Shown one piece after another: positions 26,530-35,509 of a stretch of 46,576 bases of DNA. The DNA lies in assembly GCA_021782355.1 (NCBI GenBank), contig JAJXUZ010000001.1:1-46576 (forward strand). Reading direction: 5' to 3'. The stretch's first letter is position 1. Each line of letters starts with the position of its first letter. The notes under the pieces were generated by a model that saw nothing but the letters and a program-made list of their open reading frames with translations, ran no database searches and was not told the DNA's origin. The translations under genes were made by a program, and so were the position numbers. The stretch is from Candidatus Micrarchaeota archaeon. GTDB taxonomy: Archaea > Micrarchaeota > Micrarchaeia > Norongarragalinales > UBA97.

Positions 26530-26847
26530 TTGCAAATGGGTAAAGGTAAATTAGTAGCTCAAGGTTCCCACGCAAGTCTTCAAGCAGCTGAAATTGCTAT
26601 GAAAAAAGACCCTAAAAGTTACTCTACGTGGCAAGACCTTGGAACTAAAAAAATTGTACTAAAAGTTAACTCATTATCAGAATTATTAGAAATTCAAAAA
26701 CAATGCGGTATTTTGTCCATTCCGGGGGCATTAATCATTGATGCGGGACACACCCAGGTAGAACCAAATACCCCGACTGCTTTTGCTGTTGGTCCTTATC
26801 CATCAAGTTTAATTGATAGAGTAGTAAGTCACTTAAAATTATTATAA
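26530..26847 (+). CDS. pth2: Peptidyl-tRNA hydrolase, archaeal/eukaryal type (Pth2)
   Basis: MGKGKLVAQGSHASL, KKIVLKV, IIDAGHTQVEPNTPTAFAVGP and HLKLL. The conserved N-terminal strand continues in frame upstream of the track start (see findings). Confidence 0.88.
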   Translation: MQMGKGKLVAQGSHASLQAAEIAMKKDPKSYSTWQDLGTKKIVLKVNSLSELLEIQKQCGILSIPGALIIDAGHTQVEPNTPTAFAVGPYPSSLIDRVVSHLKLL

Positions 26848-26924
26848 ATAGAATAATTTTTGAAGTAAAATTGTTGAATGATAACTCAATTAAAAAGTTG
26901 AAATAATTACTTTGTCGAAACTAA

Positions 26925-27449
26925 ATGAAAACCGATTTCTATATTTTCATTTCTTTTTTTATCATCGCCTTAGTTTCTTATTTGTTTTCCACCACCAACC
27001 TTAATTTATTTGCGAATTCTTATGTCCCACTTAATACTACTGCTTTACGTATCTCAACTATTTCTAGTCCATCCAATTATGTATTATTTAAAACTCCCAA
27101 CAACAGCACACTTAATTGTTCTCTTGCAATCACCCAGCAGCAACAGCAAACCGGTTTAATGTATCAAGAATCACTCTGTCCAAATTGTTGTATGTTATTT
27201 GTTTTTCAGAACAACGACATCCATTCATTTTGGATGAAAAATACTCTAATTCCATTAGATGAAGTCTATCTTTCCCAATCATTTAGTGTGGTTGAAGTAT
27301 ATCTCAATTTTCTTCCCTGTCCATTAAATTCAACCAATTGTCCCGTTTATACTCCTCATTCTAATTCGGTTTATGTAATGGAACTTAATGCTGGGCAAGC
27401 AAACGAAAGAGGTCTAATTGTTGGGGCAAACCTTACTTTAATAAAATAA
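26925..27449 (+). CDS. DUF192 (COG1430)-type exported protein
   Basis: N-terminal TM, then TGLMYQESL, CMLFVF and FWMKNTLIPLD. Confidence 0.6.
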   Translation: MKTDFYIFISFFIIALVSYLFSTTNLNLFANSYVPLNTTALRISTISSPSNYVLFKTPNNSTLNCSLAITQQQQQTGLMYQESLCPNCCMLFVFQNNDIHSFWMKNTLIPLDEVYLSQSFSVVEVYLNFLPCPLNSTNCPVYTPHSNSVYVMELNAGQANERGLIVGANLTLIK

Positions 27450-27495
27450 TTAACGCTCCCTTCTGAATTCGCCAGGAGTGTTTATTATGTTATGT

Positions 27496-27786
27496 TCAAA
27501 AAGTTTCAGTTAATTTTTCAGCAAATTCCGAAATATATGGAATAACTATTGGTTTACCGGAATATGCTTTATACCCCACATATAGTCCGTATAGGTAAAT
27601 TAGTAATGAAATTATGGTGAGAATGTAAGTAAGAGCCAACAAAGAGCCAATTACCGAAAGCGTAATTGAAATGATGGAATTTTTTTTTAATTCTTTATCT
27701 TTAATCGAAATTCCGTATATTAAAAGAATAATTCCCGACAATGCACCAAACAGATAAGTTACAAATAACCAAAATTTTTCTTTCAT
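27496..27786 (-). CDS. Small three-TM membrane protein (DUF4870-like)
   Basis: 96 aa and hydrophobic, with YLFGALSGIILL near the N-terminus. Confidence 0.45.
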   Translation of the reverse strand: MKEKFWLFVTYLFGALSGIILLIYGISIKDKELKKNSIISITLSVIGSLLALTYILTIISLLIYLYGLYVGYKAYSGKPIVIPYISEFAEKLTETF

Positions 27787-27955
27787 TTATCTTACCTTTT
27801 TTATTTTCAATTTTTTTAGATTTTAATTGTTGTAAATATTCATTATCATTTTCATTAGATATAAGTAATTAGTATTATATTTACCATTCTGATTAAAAGT
27901 AACAATGTTTTTAATCAAACCATAAGTAGGCTATATGCCAGGAAGTGATAGATAA

Positions 27956-28699
27956 ATGGCAATTGAAAGAATGAAAACCAATATCAAAGGATTTGACGAA
28001 TTAATTGAAGGCGGAATTCCTAGAAATTATCACGTAATGATATGTGGACTTCCTGGAACTGGTAAAACAATATTAGCTTTAGAAGCTTTGTATAGAGGAG
28101 CGGTAGAATTTTCAGAACCCGCATTATTTGTAGCTATTGGTGAAGATTCAGAAAAAGTCATTAAAGATCAAGCATCGAAATTTGGTTGGGATTTGGAAAA
28201 TACTAAAAATTTTAAACTCTATGTAATTTCAGTAACAAAAACTCCCTTTGATATAATATCCGATATTCAAGATCAAGCAAAGAAAATTAATGCCAAACGA
28301 ATTGCCATTGATTCTCTAACTGCATTAAGTATAAATTCAGTTTATTTTTCAAGAGGCATGGTTGTAAATTTAATGAAAACTATGGGCGATGCCGCTTCAG
28401 ATTCTTTAAATGAACGAGCAAGTAACTCTGTAATTCAACGATTTATTTATCTGGTAATATCTGGATTACAATCTCTTGATTCAAACGTCTTTTATATAAC
28501 TGATTTATCTATCTCTGGAAGCAGTTTAGATGGAATTAGTGAATACGTGGGAGACGGTTTAATTCTATTAAAATCAGTACCATTAGGTAAAGATGTACAA
28601 AGAACAATTCAGGTAGTCAAACTTAGAAGTACAAATATTTCTGGTGGAATTTTTGATATTGATTTTACTTCAAACGGAATGATTGTTTCTTCAGAATAA
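27956..28699 (+). CDS. Single-domain KaiC/RadA-like RecA-superfamily ATPase
   Basis: IKGFDELIEGGIPRNYHVMICGLPGTGKTILALE (Walker A) and RIAIDSLTAL (Walker B). 247 aa. Confidence 0.8.
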   Translation: MAIERMKTNIKGFDELIEGGIPRNYHVMICGLPGTGKTILALEALYRGAVEFSEPALFVAIGEDSEKVIKDQASKFGWDLENTKNFKLYVISVTKTPFDIISDIQDQAKKINAKRIAIDSLTALSINSVYFSRGMVVNLMKTMGDAASDSLNERASNSVIQRFIYLVISGLQSLDSNVFYITDLSISGSSLDGISEYVGDGLILLKSVPLGKDVQRTIQVVKLRSTNISGGIFDIDFTSNGMIVSSE

Positions 28700-28729
28700 A
28701 TACTTTTCAGATATATTCAAGACGATTAA

Positions 28730-29872
28730 ATGGCAATAAAAGATGTAATTGTTGATTGGTATTTACGAAACATAATTGTTCCTAAATACGTAAATTACGA
28801 GATTCCGGGTTTTGTAATTAAAGAACAACAATCAAAATACGGACATACTTTTCAAAGAGATGTTTTTTTGTCTGAAAATTTAATCGAAGATTTAGAGAAC
28901 CAATTCATTAAGAAATATGGTGAAAATGGCAAAAAATTCCTATATGGTGTAGGTAAAAATTTTGGGTGGAATTATGGAAAATCATTTAACGCTCCAAATA
29001 TTCAAAATAATAAAAACGAAGAAGTTATTAAGACAGCAACTTTTTTAAGTCAATTTATCGGTGCAACTTGGGCTGAAAAAACCAACATCGTAAAATTAGA
29101 AGTTGATTCTAAATTTTTTCAAATTGAGTCAAAAGATTATGTTGTATGTTCAAATAATGGCTTAGGTCAATTATTAAACGAAGGAGGGATTACGGGACTT
29201 TGGGCATGGCTAATGGCTGATTATTCAATCGAAGGAATTCAAATTAATTGTCAAGGACGTGGAGATTTAAAATGTTCGACTGTGTGTGCACCAATTTCTT
29301 ATTTCAATAAAAATAATATAAAATTAAATATATTCCGTGAAAAAATAGAAACTGACTTTACTTCTAAACTTTATCTTGAGTTTAATAGAGTTAGGACCTT
29401 GACTTATTCCTCAGCAAATTTGAAAAATATGATTTCAAACAATCTAGTAAATTATTCTGAAGGGAAAATTGAGTATAAGGGAGAAAGATATTTTCCTTTG
29501 GAGATTAATTTCTTGTTCTTACTTGAAAAGCAAGTAATTATGCTTTCTGGTGGAAACAACTTGCTTTTTGATATTGCTTTTGAAAACGGAAAAAGAGTTG
29601 CATTAAAAGAAAAGAATCTAAACATATCATTTATGTGTGATTTTATGGCAATTATGGGTTGGGGAGATTTACTAATTACTCCTAATCTTAATAAAATTGG
29701 AATTAATTATTATCCTTGGAGTGATTTATTTGATGAATGCGGAAAAGAAATTTTTCTTGGAATTTTATCTGGTTTTATTTCAGTATATAAAAATAAACAG
29801 ATCAAACTTAGAATAATCAATTCGGATAATTCAAATGGATATATTACTTTAATTTTAGGTATTAAGAATTAG
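28730..29872 (+). CDS. Hypothetical protein with two V4R (4-vinyl reductase)-like halves
   Basis: First half: YGVGKNFGWNYG...VVCSNNGLGQLLNEGGITGLWAWLMADYSIEGIQINCQGRGDLKCSTV resembles the V4R C...G..G...E..C..G...C pattern. The second half repeats the layout without the Cys residues. It lies 30 nt downstream of the KaiC-like gene. Confidence 0.4.
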   Translation: MAIKDVIVDWYLRNIIVPKYVNYEIPGFVIKEQQSKYGHTFQRDVFLSENLIEDLENQFIKKYGENGKKFLYGVGKNFGWNYGKSFNAPNIQNNKNEEVIKTATFLSQFIGATWAEKTNIVKLEVDSKFFQIESKDYVVCSNNGLGQLLNEGGITGLWAWLMADYSIEGIQINCQGRGDLKCSTVCAPISYFNKNNIKLNIFREKIETDFTSKLYLEFNRVRTLTYSSANLKNMISNNLVNYSEGKIEYKGERYFPLEINFLFLLEKQVIMLSGGNNLLFDIAFENGKRVALKEKNLNISFMCDFMAIMGWGDLLITPNLNKIGINYYPWSDLFDECGKEIFLGILSGFISVYKNKQIKLRIINSDNSNGYITLILGIKN

Positions 29873-29900
29873 ATTTCTATTTTTAATGATTAATTTAATT

Positions 29901-30758
29901 TCAAACTGCTAATGATAGTAAAAACATTGCCATCAAAATTCTAAACATATTTAACATTTTTGTAAAATCATCTTTATTTTTTGATTTAGTCAAATATTGA
30001 CCTAAGGCCGCGAGCATTAAAGCTAAAACCAAACTAACTATCAATCCTAGAATATTAGTTGATTTTCTAACTAAAAACGCCAAGATACTTATCGGTACCG
30101 CTGAAATTAAAAATAACGAATTAAACCATTTTGCCTTTTCCAATCCAACCAAAACAGGTAAAGTTATCCTAGTTAGTTTATCTCCCTCAAAATCTTTAAG
30201 GTCTTTTAAATTATAAGTTAAAAACAATATTGCCCAAACCATTAATCCGATAATCCAGAATGTTAAATTGAAAAATCCTCCAAATAGATAAAATCCTAAG
30301 GAAAATGGAAGAAAACCATGAGTAATTCCTAAAGTAGAATTGGCAGATATAAAATTTTTGGATAAAATAATCGAATAAAGGATTCCCGCTAAAGCTTCAA
30401 CAACTATTCCCCAAAAGAAATAGGGTTTATTGAAACCCAAAGAAACAGAATAAGCAACAAACAAACCAATGAATGTAAACATTATTGCCAGTGCAAGTGC
30501 TCCGGTTTTACCTAATTTTTTAGATGGAAGCGGTCTATTTGAATTTGTAATCCGATCAATTTCAATGTCAGCTATATCATTTAAAGTTGCAGCAGAAGCA
30601 TAAACAAAGACAAAAGTGCTAATTGGAATTATGGTGGAAATCCAAGAAGTACCTCCGCTAATCAAAAATCCTAGTAAAAATGATGATATGGGTATTACTA
30701 ATCTACTTATTTTTGTAAGTAAATAAATGTCTCTTGCTTCTAATGCTTCTGACATCAC
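29901..30758 (-). CDS. UbiA-family prenyltransferase (DGGGP synthase candidate)
   Basis: NDIADIEIDRITNSNRPLPS and DLKDFEGDK Asp-rich motifs. About 8 TM segments. Confidence 0.8.
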   Translation of the reverse strand: MMSEALEARDIYLLTKISRLVIPISSFLLGFLISGGTSWISTIIPISTFVFVYASAATLNDIADIEIDRITNSNRPLPSKKLGKTGALALAIMFTFIGLFVAYSVSLGFNKPYFFWGIVVEALAGILYSIILSKNFISANSTLGITHGFLPFSLGFYLFGGFFNLTFWIIGLMVWAILFLTYNLKDLKDFEGDKLTRITLPVLVGLEKAKWFNSLFLISAVPISILAFLVRKSTNILGLIVSLVLALMLAALGQYLTKSKNKDDFTKMLNMFRILMAMFLLSLAV

Positions 30759-30842
30759 CTTGCCTCATATAAAATTAGTTATGATTTCGTATTTAATTTT
30801 ATGTAAATAACTTGAAAAGTAAATTTTTTTTAAAATCAAACA

Positions 30843-30913
30843 TGCGGCGACCGGGAATCGGACCCGGGTCTTAGCCTTGGCAAGGCCATATCATACCACT
30901 AGACCATCGCCGC
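30843..30913 (-). tRNA. tRNA-Gly(GCC)
   Basis: The reverse complement is GCGGCGATGGTCTAGTGGTATGATATGGCCTTGCCAAGGCTAAGACCCGGGTCCGATTCCCGGTCGCCGCA. It folds as a cloverleaf with loop TT-GCC-AA. Confidence 0.9.
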
Positions 30914-30964
30914 ATAATTAATAGAAATTAGATATTTTGGCTTCAATCTGATTTAAATCAAAAA

Positions 30965-32659
30965 TTAATTTCTTTTCAATACTACTAAGATTAACACTAA
31001 AATTATAATAGTTGCTGAAAGGGTAGCAATTAACGAATTTTGCCAGTTTGATGAACCTAAATCAACTGTGCTTACTGGATTTATCTGAACCAACGGAGCA
31101 GGTGACTGATAATAAACCTTAAACGGTTGAACAATATAACTTCCAGTTGATTCGAGTTTTAATGTACCTTCAGTTGCATTATTTGCTATTTGATATGGTA
31201 AAATAAAGTTTAAATCAGTAGTAGATTGACCAGAAACAACAATTTGCTTGTTTAATGTGATACCATTGAAATTCAAAGTTGCGTTTATATTATCTGGTTG
31301 ATTGCCAAAGTTTTGTATTTTAAAGTCCAATGTTTCTGATGAGTTTTGTATATAGCTAGTAAATGTAAATCCCTGTAATCCCACCGAGCTTCCGTTAGTA
31401 GACTTAAAGTCAGAATTTGCAGTTATATTTGTCCAAATCGTTTGTCCTAAAGTTTGAATTCCAATTGGAAATATGTAGTCGTATCCATTTGTAAGATTGT
31501 CTGGAGTAATAGCAGTCCAAGTGTAACTCGAATTGGAATACGGTGGCAAATATACTATAGTGTCACTATTTTCTGAAATTTTTAATTCCGACGGCACCAG
31601 AATTGAAAGTGGAACTGAAGTTTCAAAACCAGTTGGGTTGTTTAAATTTGCAGTAATGTTTACAATTGAGTTTGGTCCAACTGTATTTTCTGGAATATAA
31701 ATTGATAGTTGGGCCTGAGGGGTTGCCGGAGTAAAGTAATTCACCTGTACACTAGTGTTTCTAACTATGGTGGATATTACTTGTTGAAGCGGATAGTTGT
31801 AAGGGGAACTATACTGTTCTTGAAAACTTAATTGGTCAGGCCCCTGGTAGAATTTTGCGTGGGTGGCATCTAAAACCCCAACCTCATTAAAAGTAGGGTC
31901 AGCCGGAATCCATTGACCACCAATATATGCCTCAATCCATCCGTGTGAACCCCAATTAGTCTGACTATTTGCAAAATCAGTGCAATTATCCGAACACACC
32001 AATCCTGCCACGAATCTTGCCGGAATTCCAACTGCTTTTAGCAAAGCAATTTCCAAATGCGCATAATCTCCACAAAATCCGTGACGTGCATAGTAAATGT
32101 AAGTTGCATTATTAATTGAAGGGCCGTATCCAAATCCAGCATAAGTAATCCAATTATGTACGAAATTGGTGATTGAAGTTAGTTTTTCAAGATTTGAGTT
32201 TGACCCTTGTACTAATAATTGCGCTTGGTCAAGCATCTGTGGGTCATAACCAGTAATGCTTGTCGGGTCTAAATAAGTAATATTTGGCGTATTTGAGTAA
32301 GTGGGGGAGTTGTAATAATTTAAGTCAACTATGGATTCAAGTTCTACTGTTTCTACCGACGAAGTGGGTGTTAAATGAAATGTAAGTACGGTATTTCCTA
32401 AACTATCCGTTCCTTGAGTGTACGGAAGACTTGCAACAGCATCAATGCTGGCATTTTGAAAATATGTATTTTTAAAACCAAAGACTTTCAAATCAAAAAA
32501 AGAAGGAATATTGTTTGAAAAATTAATTGTCCAATTCTGAATTACTGTAATTCGTGCTGCTCCTATATCCTTAGGTCCAAAATTAACTGCCTGTGCACTT
32601 CCAATTAAAATTAAGAGTAAGAAAAGAGAAAATAGTGATTTTTTGAATAAATTTACCAT
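30965..32659 (-). CDS. Exported transglutaminase-like cysteine protease-fold protein with C-terminal anchor
   Basis: Signal peptide LFSLFLLLILIGSAQA. Cys-His-Asp core: GFCGDYAHLEIALLKAVGIPARFVAG, SHGWIEAY and IPADPT. C-terminal TM. Confidence 0.8.
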   Translation of the reverse strand: MVNLFKKSLFSLFLLLILIGSAQAVNFGPKDIGAARITVIQNWTINFSNNIPSFFDLKVFGFKNTYFQNASIDAVASLPYTQGTDSLGNTVLTFHLTPTSSVETVELESIVDLNYYNSPTYSNTPNITYLDPTSITGYDPQMLDQAQLLVQGSNSNLEKLTSITNFVHNWITYAGFGYGPSINNATYIYYARHGFCGDYAHLEIALLKAVGIPARFVAGLVCSDNCTDFANSQTNWGSHGWIEAYIGGQWIPADPTFNEVGVLDATHAKFYQGPDQLSFQEQYSSPYNYPLQQVISTIVRNTSVQVNYFTPATPQAQLSIYIPENTVGPNSIVNITANLNNPTGFETSVPLSILVPSELKISENSDTIVYLPPYSNSSYTWTAITPDNLTNGYDYIFPIGIQTLGQTIWTNITANSDFKSTNGSSVGLQGFTFTSYIQNSSETLDFKIQNFGNQPDNINATLNFNGITLNKQIVVSGQSTTDLNFILPYQIANNATEGTLKLESTGSYIVQPFKVYYQSPAPLVQINPVSTVDLGSSNWQNSLIATLSATIIILVLILVVLKRN

Positions 32660-32668
32660 TTAAAATAA

Positions 32669-33529
32669 TTATTCTTCTTTAGCAGTTTTTATGCTTTTTC
32701 TTTTTTTAGCAACCTGCACAACTGCTTCAATAGAGGACTGATAAATCAATTCATAAGCATTTTTGTCGTTTTCTTTTATTTCAAAGAAACCCATTACATT
32801 CGGACCATATTTTCTAATAAAACCTATAAAGTCTGATGGAGCAAGTATTCCCTTAGAATAGTCTGATTTCATATTGTATTTTTGAGCAAAAACATCAATA
32901 TCTAAATCAAAAATATAATTGGTTTTTTCATCAACCTTTTCAAATGAATTATTCTTTATTCCTTTTTGATAAACAAATTCTCCTTCTCGAATTCCGATTC
33001 CAGTTATTTGGTTTTCGTTTTTTAATTTGTTCCTAATTACCGAACAAACATAATTATTTCTCTGAATAAATCCTCTTTCACATTCTTTAGGATTTTTACA
33101 ACTATCGGAGTGCTCATCAAATCTAATTACGTTTCCATCAAATGCATATAGGTAGATTCCACCAGTATGGTCTCCTCCGACCACGATAACCAAATCAAAT
33201 TTTGAAGATTCTTGTTCGAACTCTTTAGCATTTTCAAGCATACTTTGTTCATCAAATCCACTATTCACTCTATCTTGATTATCTACAAAACATTCTTGAA
33301 AATCAGTTATTTGAACTTCAATATCTCTTCTAATAAGTTCCAAGTCAGTTTTAATTGATTTAACTAATGGTTTTCTAATCCAATCTGTGCCATTTCTAAA
33401 ATATTTTTCTTCCAAAACTTTAGAATTAGAAATGTATTTAGTTGCTTTTTTTCCACCAGTTCCACTAAATCCAACCGGACTACTATTAATTGGAATTCCT
33501 GCAACTAGCACCGAAACAATTTTTTTCAT
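32669..33529 (-). CDS. Divergent arginase/agmatinase (ureohydrolase)-fold protein
   Basis: The ordered motifs VVGGDHTGG, RFDEHSDS and FDLDIDVF resemble GGDHS, DAHxD and DxDxxDP. The protein is shorter and atypical. Confidence 0.5.
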   Translation of the reverse strand: MKKIVSVLVAGIPINSSPVGFSGTGGKKATKYISNSKVLEEKYFRNGTDWIRKPLVKSIKTDLELIRRDIEVQITDFQECFVDNQDRVNSGFDEQSMLENAKEFEQESSKFDLVIVVGGDHTGGIYLYAFDGNVIRFDEHSDSCKNPKECERGFIQRNNYVCSVIRNKLKNENQITGIGIREGEFVYQKGIKNNSFEKVDEKTNYIFDLDIDVFAQKYNMKSDYSKGILAPSDFIGFIRKYGPNVMGFFEIKENDKNAYELIYQSSIEAVVQVAKKRKSIKTAKEE

Positions 33530-33643
33530 TAGTTAATTCTTAGTCAAATAAACTTAAATAGCAAATTAAGGAGAATAGACTGACTTAGTTGAATTTTTTT
33601 ACAAATCTGTTTTATTTATGAGAATTATAATAAGAATTTAAAG

Positions 33644-33717
33644 TGCCGCAGGGGTGATTTGAACACCCGACATATCGCTCTTCAGGCGAACGCTCTCCCA
33701 GGCTGAGCTACTGCGGC
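33644..33717 (-). tRNA. tRNA-Phe(GAA)
   Basis: The reverse complement is GCCGCAGTAGCTCAGCCTGGGAGAGCGTTCGCCTGAAGAGCGATATGTCGGGTGTTCAAATCACCCCTGCGGCA. The loop is CT-GAA-GA. Confidence 0.9.
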
Positions 33718-33780
33718 AATAAGAATTTAATAAGGGGTAAAAATCTTAATAAAACAAATGTTACGGTTCAATTGAACATA

Positions 33781-34770
33781 TTAACAAACAGAATTGGATG
33801 TTTTAACTTCATTTTCCATTTCTATAATATTTTTTGAAGAAATCAATGCAAGTCTTTCCAATGCTTGTTTAGTATTGAAAGCATTATGGTTAGTCACAAT
33901 TGCATTTGGATGATTGATAATTTGCTTAATTATTTCAAGTTTAAGTTCAGCTAAAACTTCACTATCTTTATTATTAATGACCGATTCTTCTTCAAACACA
34001 TCAAGGGCAACTTTTGAAAATATTTCTTTATTTAATCCGGCCAAAATCGCTTGAGATTCAACCACTTGGCCCCTTGCAGTATTAATCAAAACCACTCCCT
34101 TTTTAAATTCTTTCAAACTTTTTGCATTAATCAAATGTTTAGTTTTTTCATTTGATGGAATATGTATGCTTATGATGTCTGAATCATTGAGCAGTTCTTC
34201 GAGTGTTTGAGTATATTTGAAACCGAGGATTTTACTTTCATATTCCTTTCTATATTCATCAAAAGCAATAATTTTCATTCCAAATGCCTTTGCAATTTTT
34301 ATTACTTTCAATCCAATTTTTCCAGTTCCTATTATTCCCAAAGTTTTATTTTCCAAATCAATGCCCTGTAAGTCTGATATTGAAAAATTCCAATTTTTAG
34401 TTCTATTTGCTCCATCAATAATTTTTCTTGAAGCGCAGAGCATCAAACCAATAGTATACTCCGCTATTGTTTGTGACCCATAACTCGCACAATTAGTCAC
34501 TTTGATTTGTTTTTCCTTGCAATAGTTCAAATCAATATGGTCTAACCCCTCTGACCTTGTTGCAATCATTTTAAGATTTTTAAATTTTCCAAGGATTTCA
34601 CTTGTAAGCTTAGTTCTAATTTGCACACAAATAATCTGAGCGTCTTCACATAAATTCTCAGAATTAAGTTCGCGTTCATACATAACTAAGGGATAATCCG
34701 AAAGCCTTTGCAAAAAAATTTCCTTTGTGGTTTGGTCCACTTCGTAAACAGCAATTTTCAAGCTAATCAC
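33781..34770 (-). CDS. D-isomer-specific 2-hydroxyacid dehydrogenase (NAD-dependent)
   Basis: LGIIGTGKIGLKVIKIAKAFGMKIIAFD, LINTARGQVV and VTNHNAF. TTG 34761 after GGTGAT (34771-66) is the likelier start (MKIAVYE). Confidence 0.85.
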   Translation of the reverse strand: MISLKIAVYEVDQTTKEIFLQRLSDYPLVMYERELNSENLCEDAQIICVQIRTKLTSEILGKFKNLKMIATRSEGLDHIDLNYCKEKQIKVTNCASYGSQTIAEYTIGLMLCASRKIIDGANRTKNWNFSISDLQGIDLENKTLGIIGTGKIGLKVIKIAKAFGMKIIAFDEYRKEYESKILGFKYTQTLEELLNDSDIISIHIPSNEKTKHLINAKSLKEFKKGVVLINTARGQVVESQAILAGLNKEIFSKVALDVFEEESVINNKDSEVLAELKLEIIKQIINHPNAIVTNHNAFNTKQALERLALISSKNIIEMENEVKTSNSVC

Positions 34771-34794
34771 CGAAAATAGAATTCGAAATACAAA

Positions 34795-34867
34795 TGGGCC
34801 CGCGGAGGATCGGACTCCGGGTCTTCTCCGTGTAAGGGAGACGTCTTAGCCACTCGACTACGGGCCC
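34795..34867 (-). tRNA. tRNA-Val(UAC)
   Basis: The reverse complement is GGGCCCGTAGTCGAGTGGCTAAGACGTCTCCCTTACACGGAGAAGACCCGGAGTCCGATCCTCCGCGGGCCCA. The loop is CT-TAC-AC. Confidence 0.9.
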
Positions 34868-34994
34868 AAAAGATTTTTGGTTAAATTACCAAAAATCTAG
34901 TTTACTTTATGTATAATTTAAGGTAACGAATACGTTTAAATTGAAAGTAGTTGTAAACTTTTTACATTATTATTTAATAATAGGTGGTAAAAAA

Positions 34995-35417
34995 ATGTAT
35001 CGTGTGTTCTGGCTTAAAGTAGGCGGAAGAAGATTCCATCTTCTAAAGTTAGCTGGTGCATTTTTTATGTTCGCATTCATCCTACAAGCATTTTCGGCAG
35101 CATATGATGTATTTGTAACAGCAAACAAAGCAATTTTTGCAACACTTCGTCCAGATCAAATTTCTACTTTATTCGGCTGGTCACTTGGTGCACCCTACCA
35201 TTTCACTTCAGAAGATGTGGTGGGCGTACTTTTGGGTCCATTAGCCGCCTTTCTATTCTGGCTCGGTTTAGCCGTAGTTGCAATGATGGTTTACCAATCT
35301 GGCAAAGTAGTATTTCCACTTGAAGAATACGAGCAAAAGATTTCCGAACATCACAGAAATCTAATAATGAAAGCAAAAGAAGCTCACGCAAAAATGAATG
35401 GAACAAAGAAACATTAG
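34995..35417 (+). CDS. Small membrane protein, unknown family
   Basis: ATG 34995 lies 6 nt after GGTGGT (34983-88). Two or three TM segments and a basic C-terminal helix. Confidence 0.5.
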   Translation: MYRVFWLKVGGRRFHLLKLAGAFFMFAFILQAFSAAYDVFVTANKAIFATLRPDQISTLFGWSLGAPYHFTSEDVVGVLLGPLAAFLFWLGLAVVAMMVYQSGKVVFPLEEYEQKISEHHRNLIMKAKEAHAKMNGTKKH

Positions 35418-35429
35418 TCTTAAAACTTT

Positions 35430-35457
35430 AGGGGAAATTTCCCCTTCTTATTTTATT
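35430..35457 (+). terminator. Palindromic hairpin plus T-tract
   Basis: AGGGGAAATTTCCCCT (35430-45) followed by TCTTATTTTATT. Confidence 0.45.
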
Positions 35458-35509
35458 AATCACTTGCTATCTAATTCTCTAATCTAACCATTTAAAAAAA
35501 GGAATAAAA

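Noticed and set aside
27956-28699. KaiC-like ATPase interpreted as archaellum ArlH
   Set aside because: There is no arlI, arlJ, arlF/G or archaellin gene nearby. The only filament locus in the window is of Epd/Tad type and lies 8 kb away on the other strand.
30843-34867. Segment bounded by tRNA-Gly, tRNA-Phe and tRNA-Val, considered as a possible integrated element or genomic island
   Set aside because: There is no integrase, no recombinase and no direct repeat of a tRNA 3' end. I saw no compositional shift. The contents are ordinary metabolic and surface genes.
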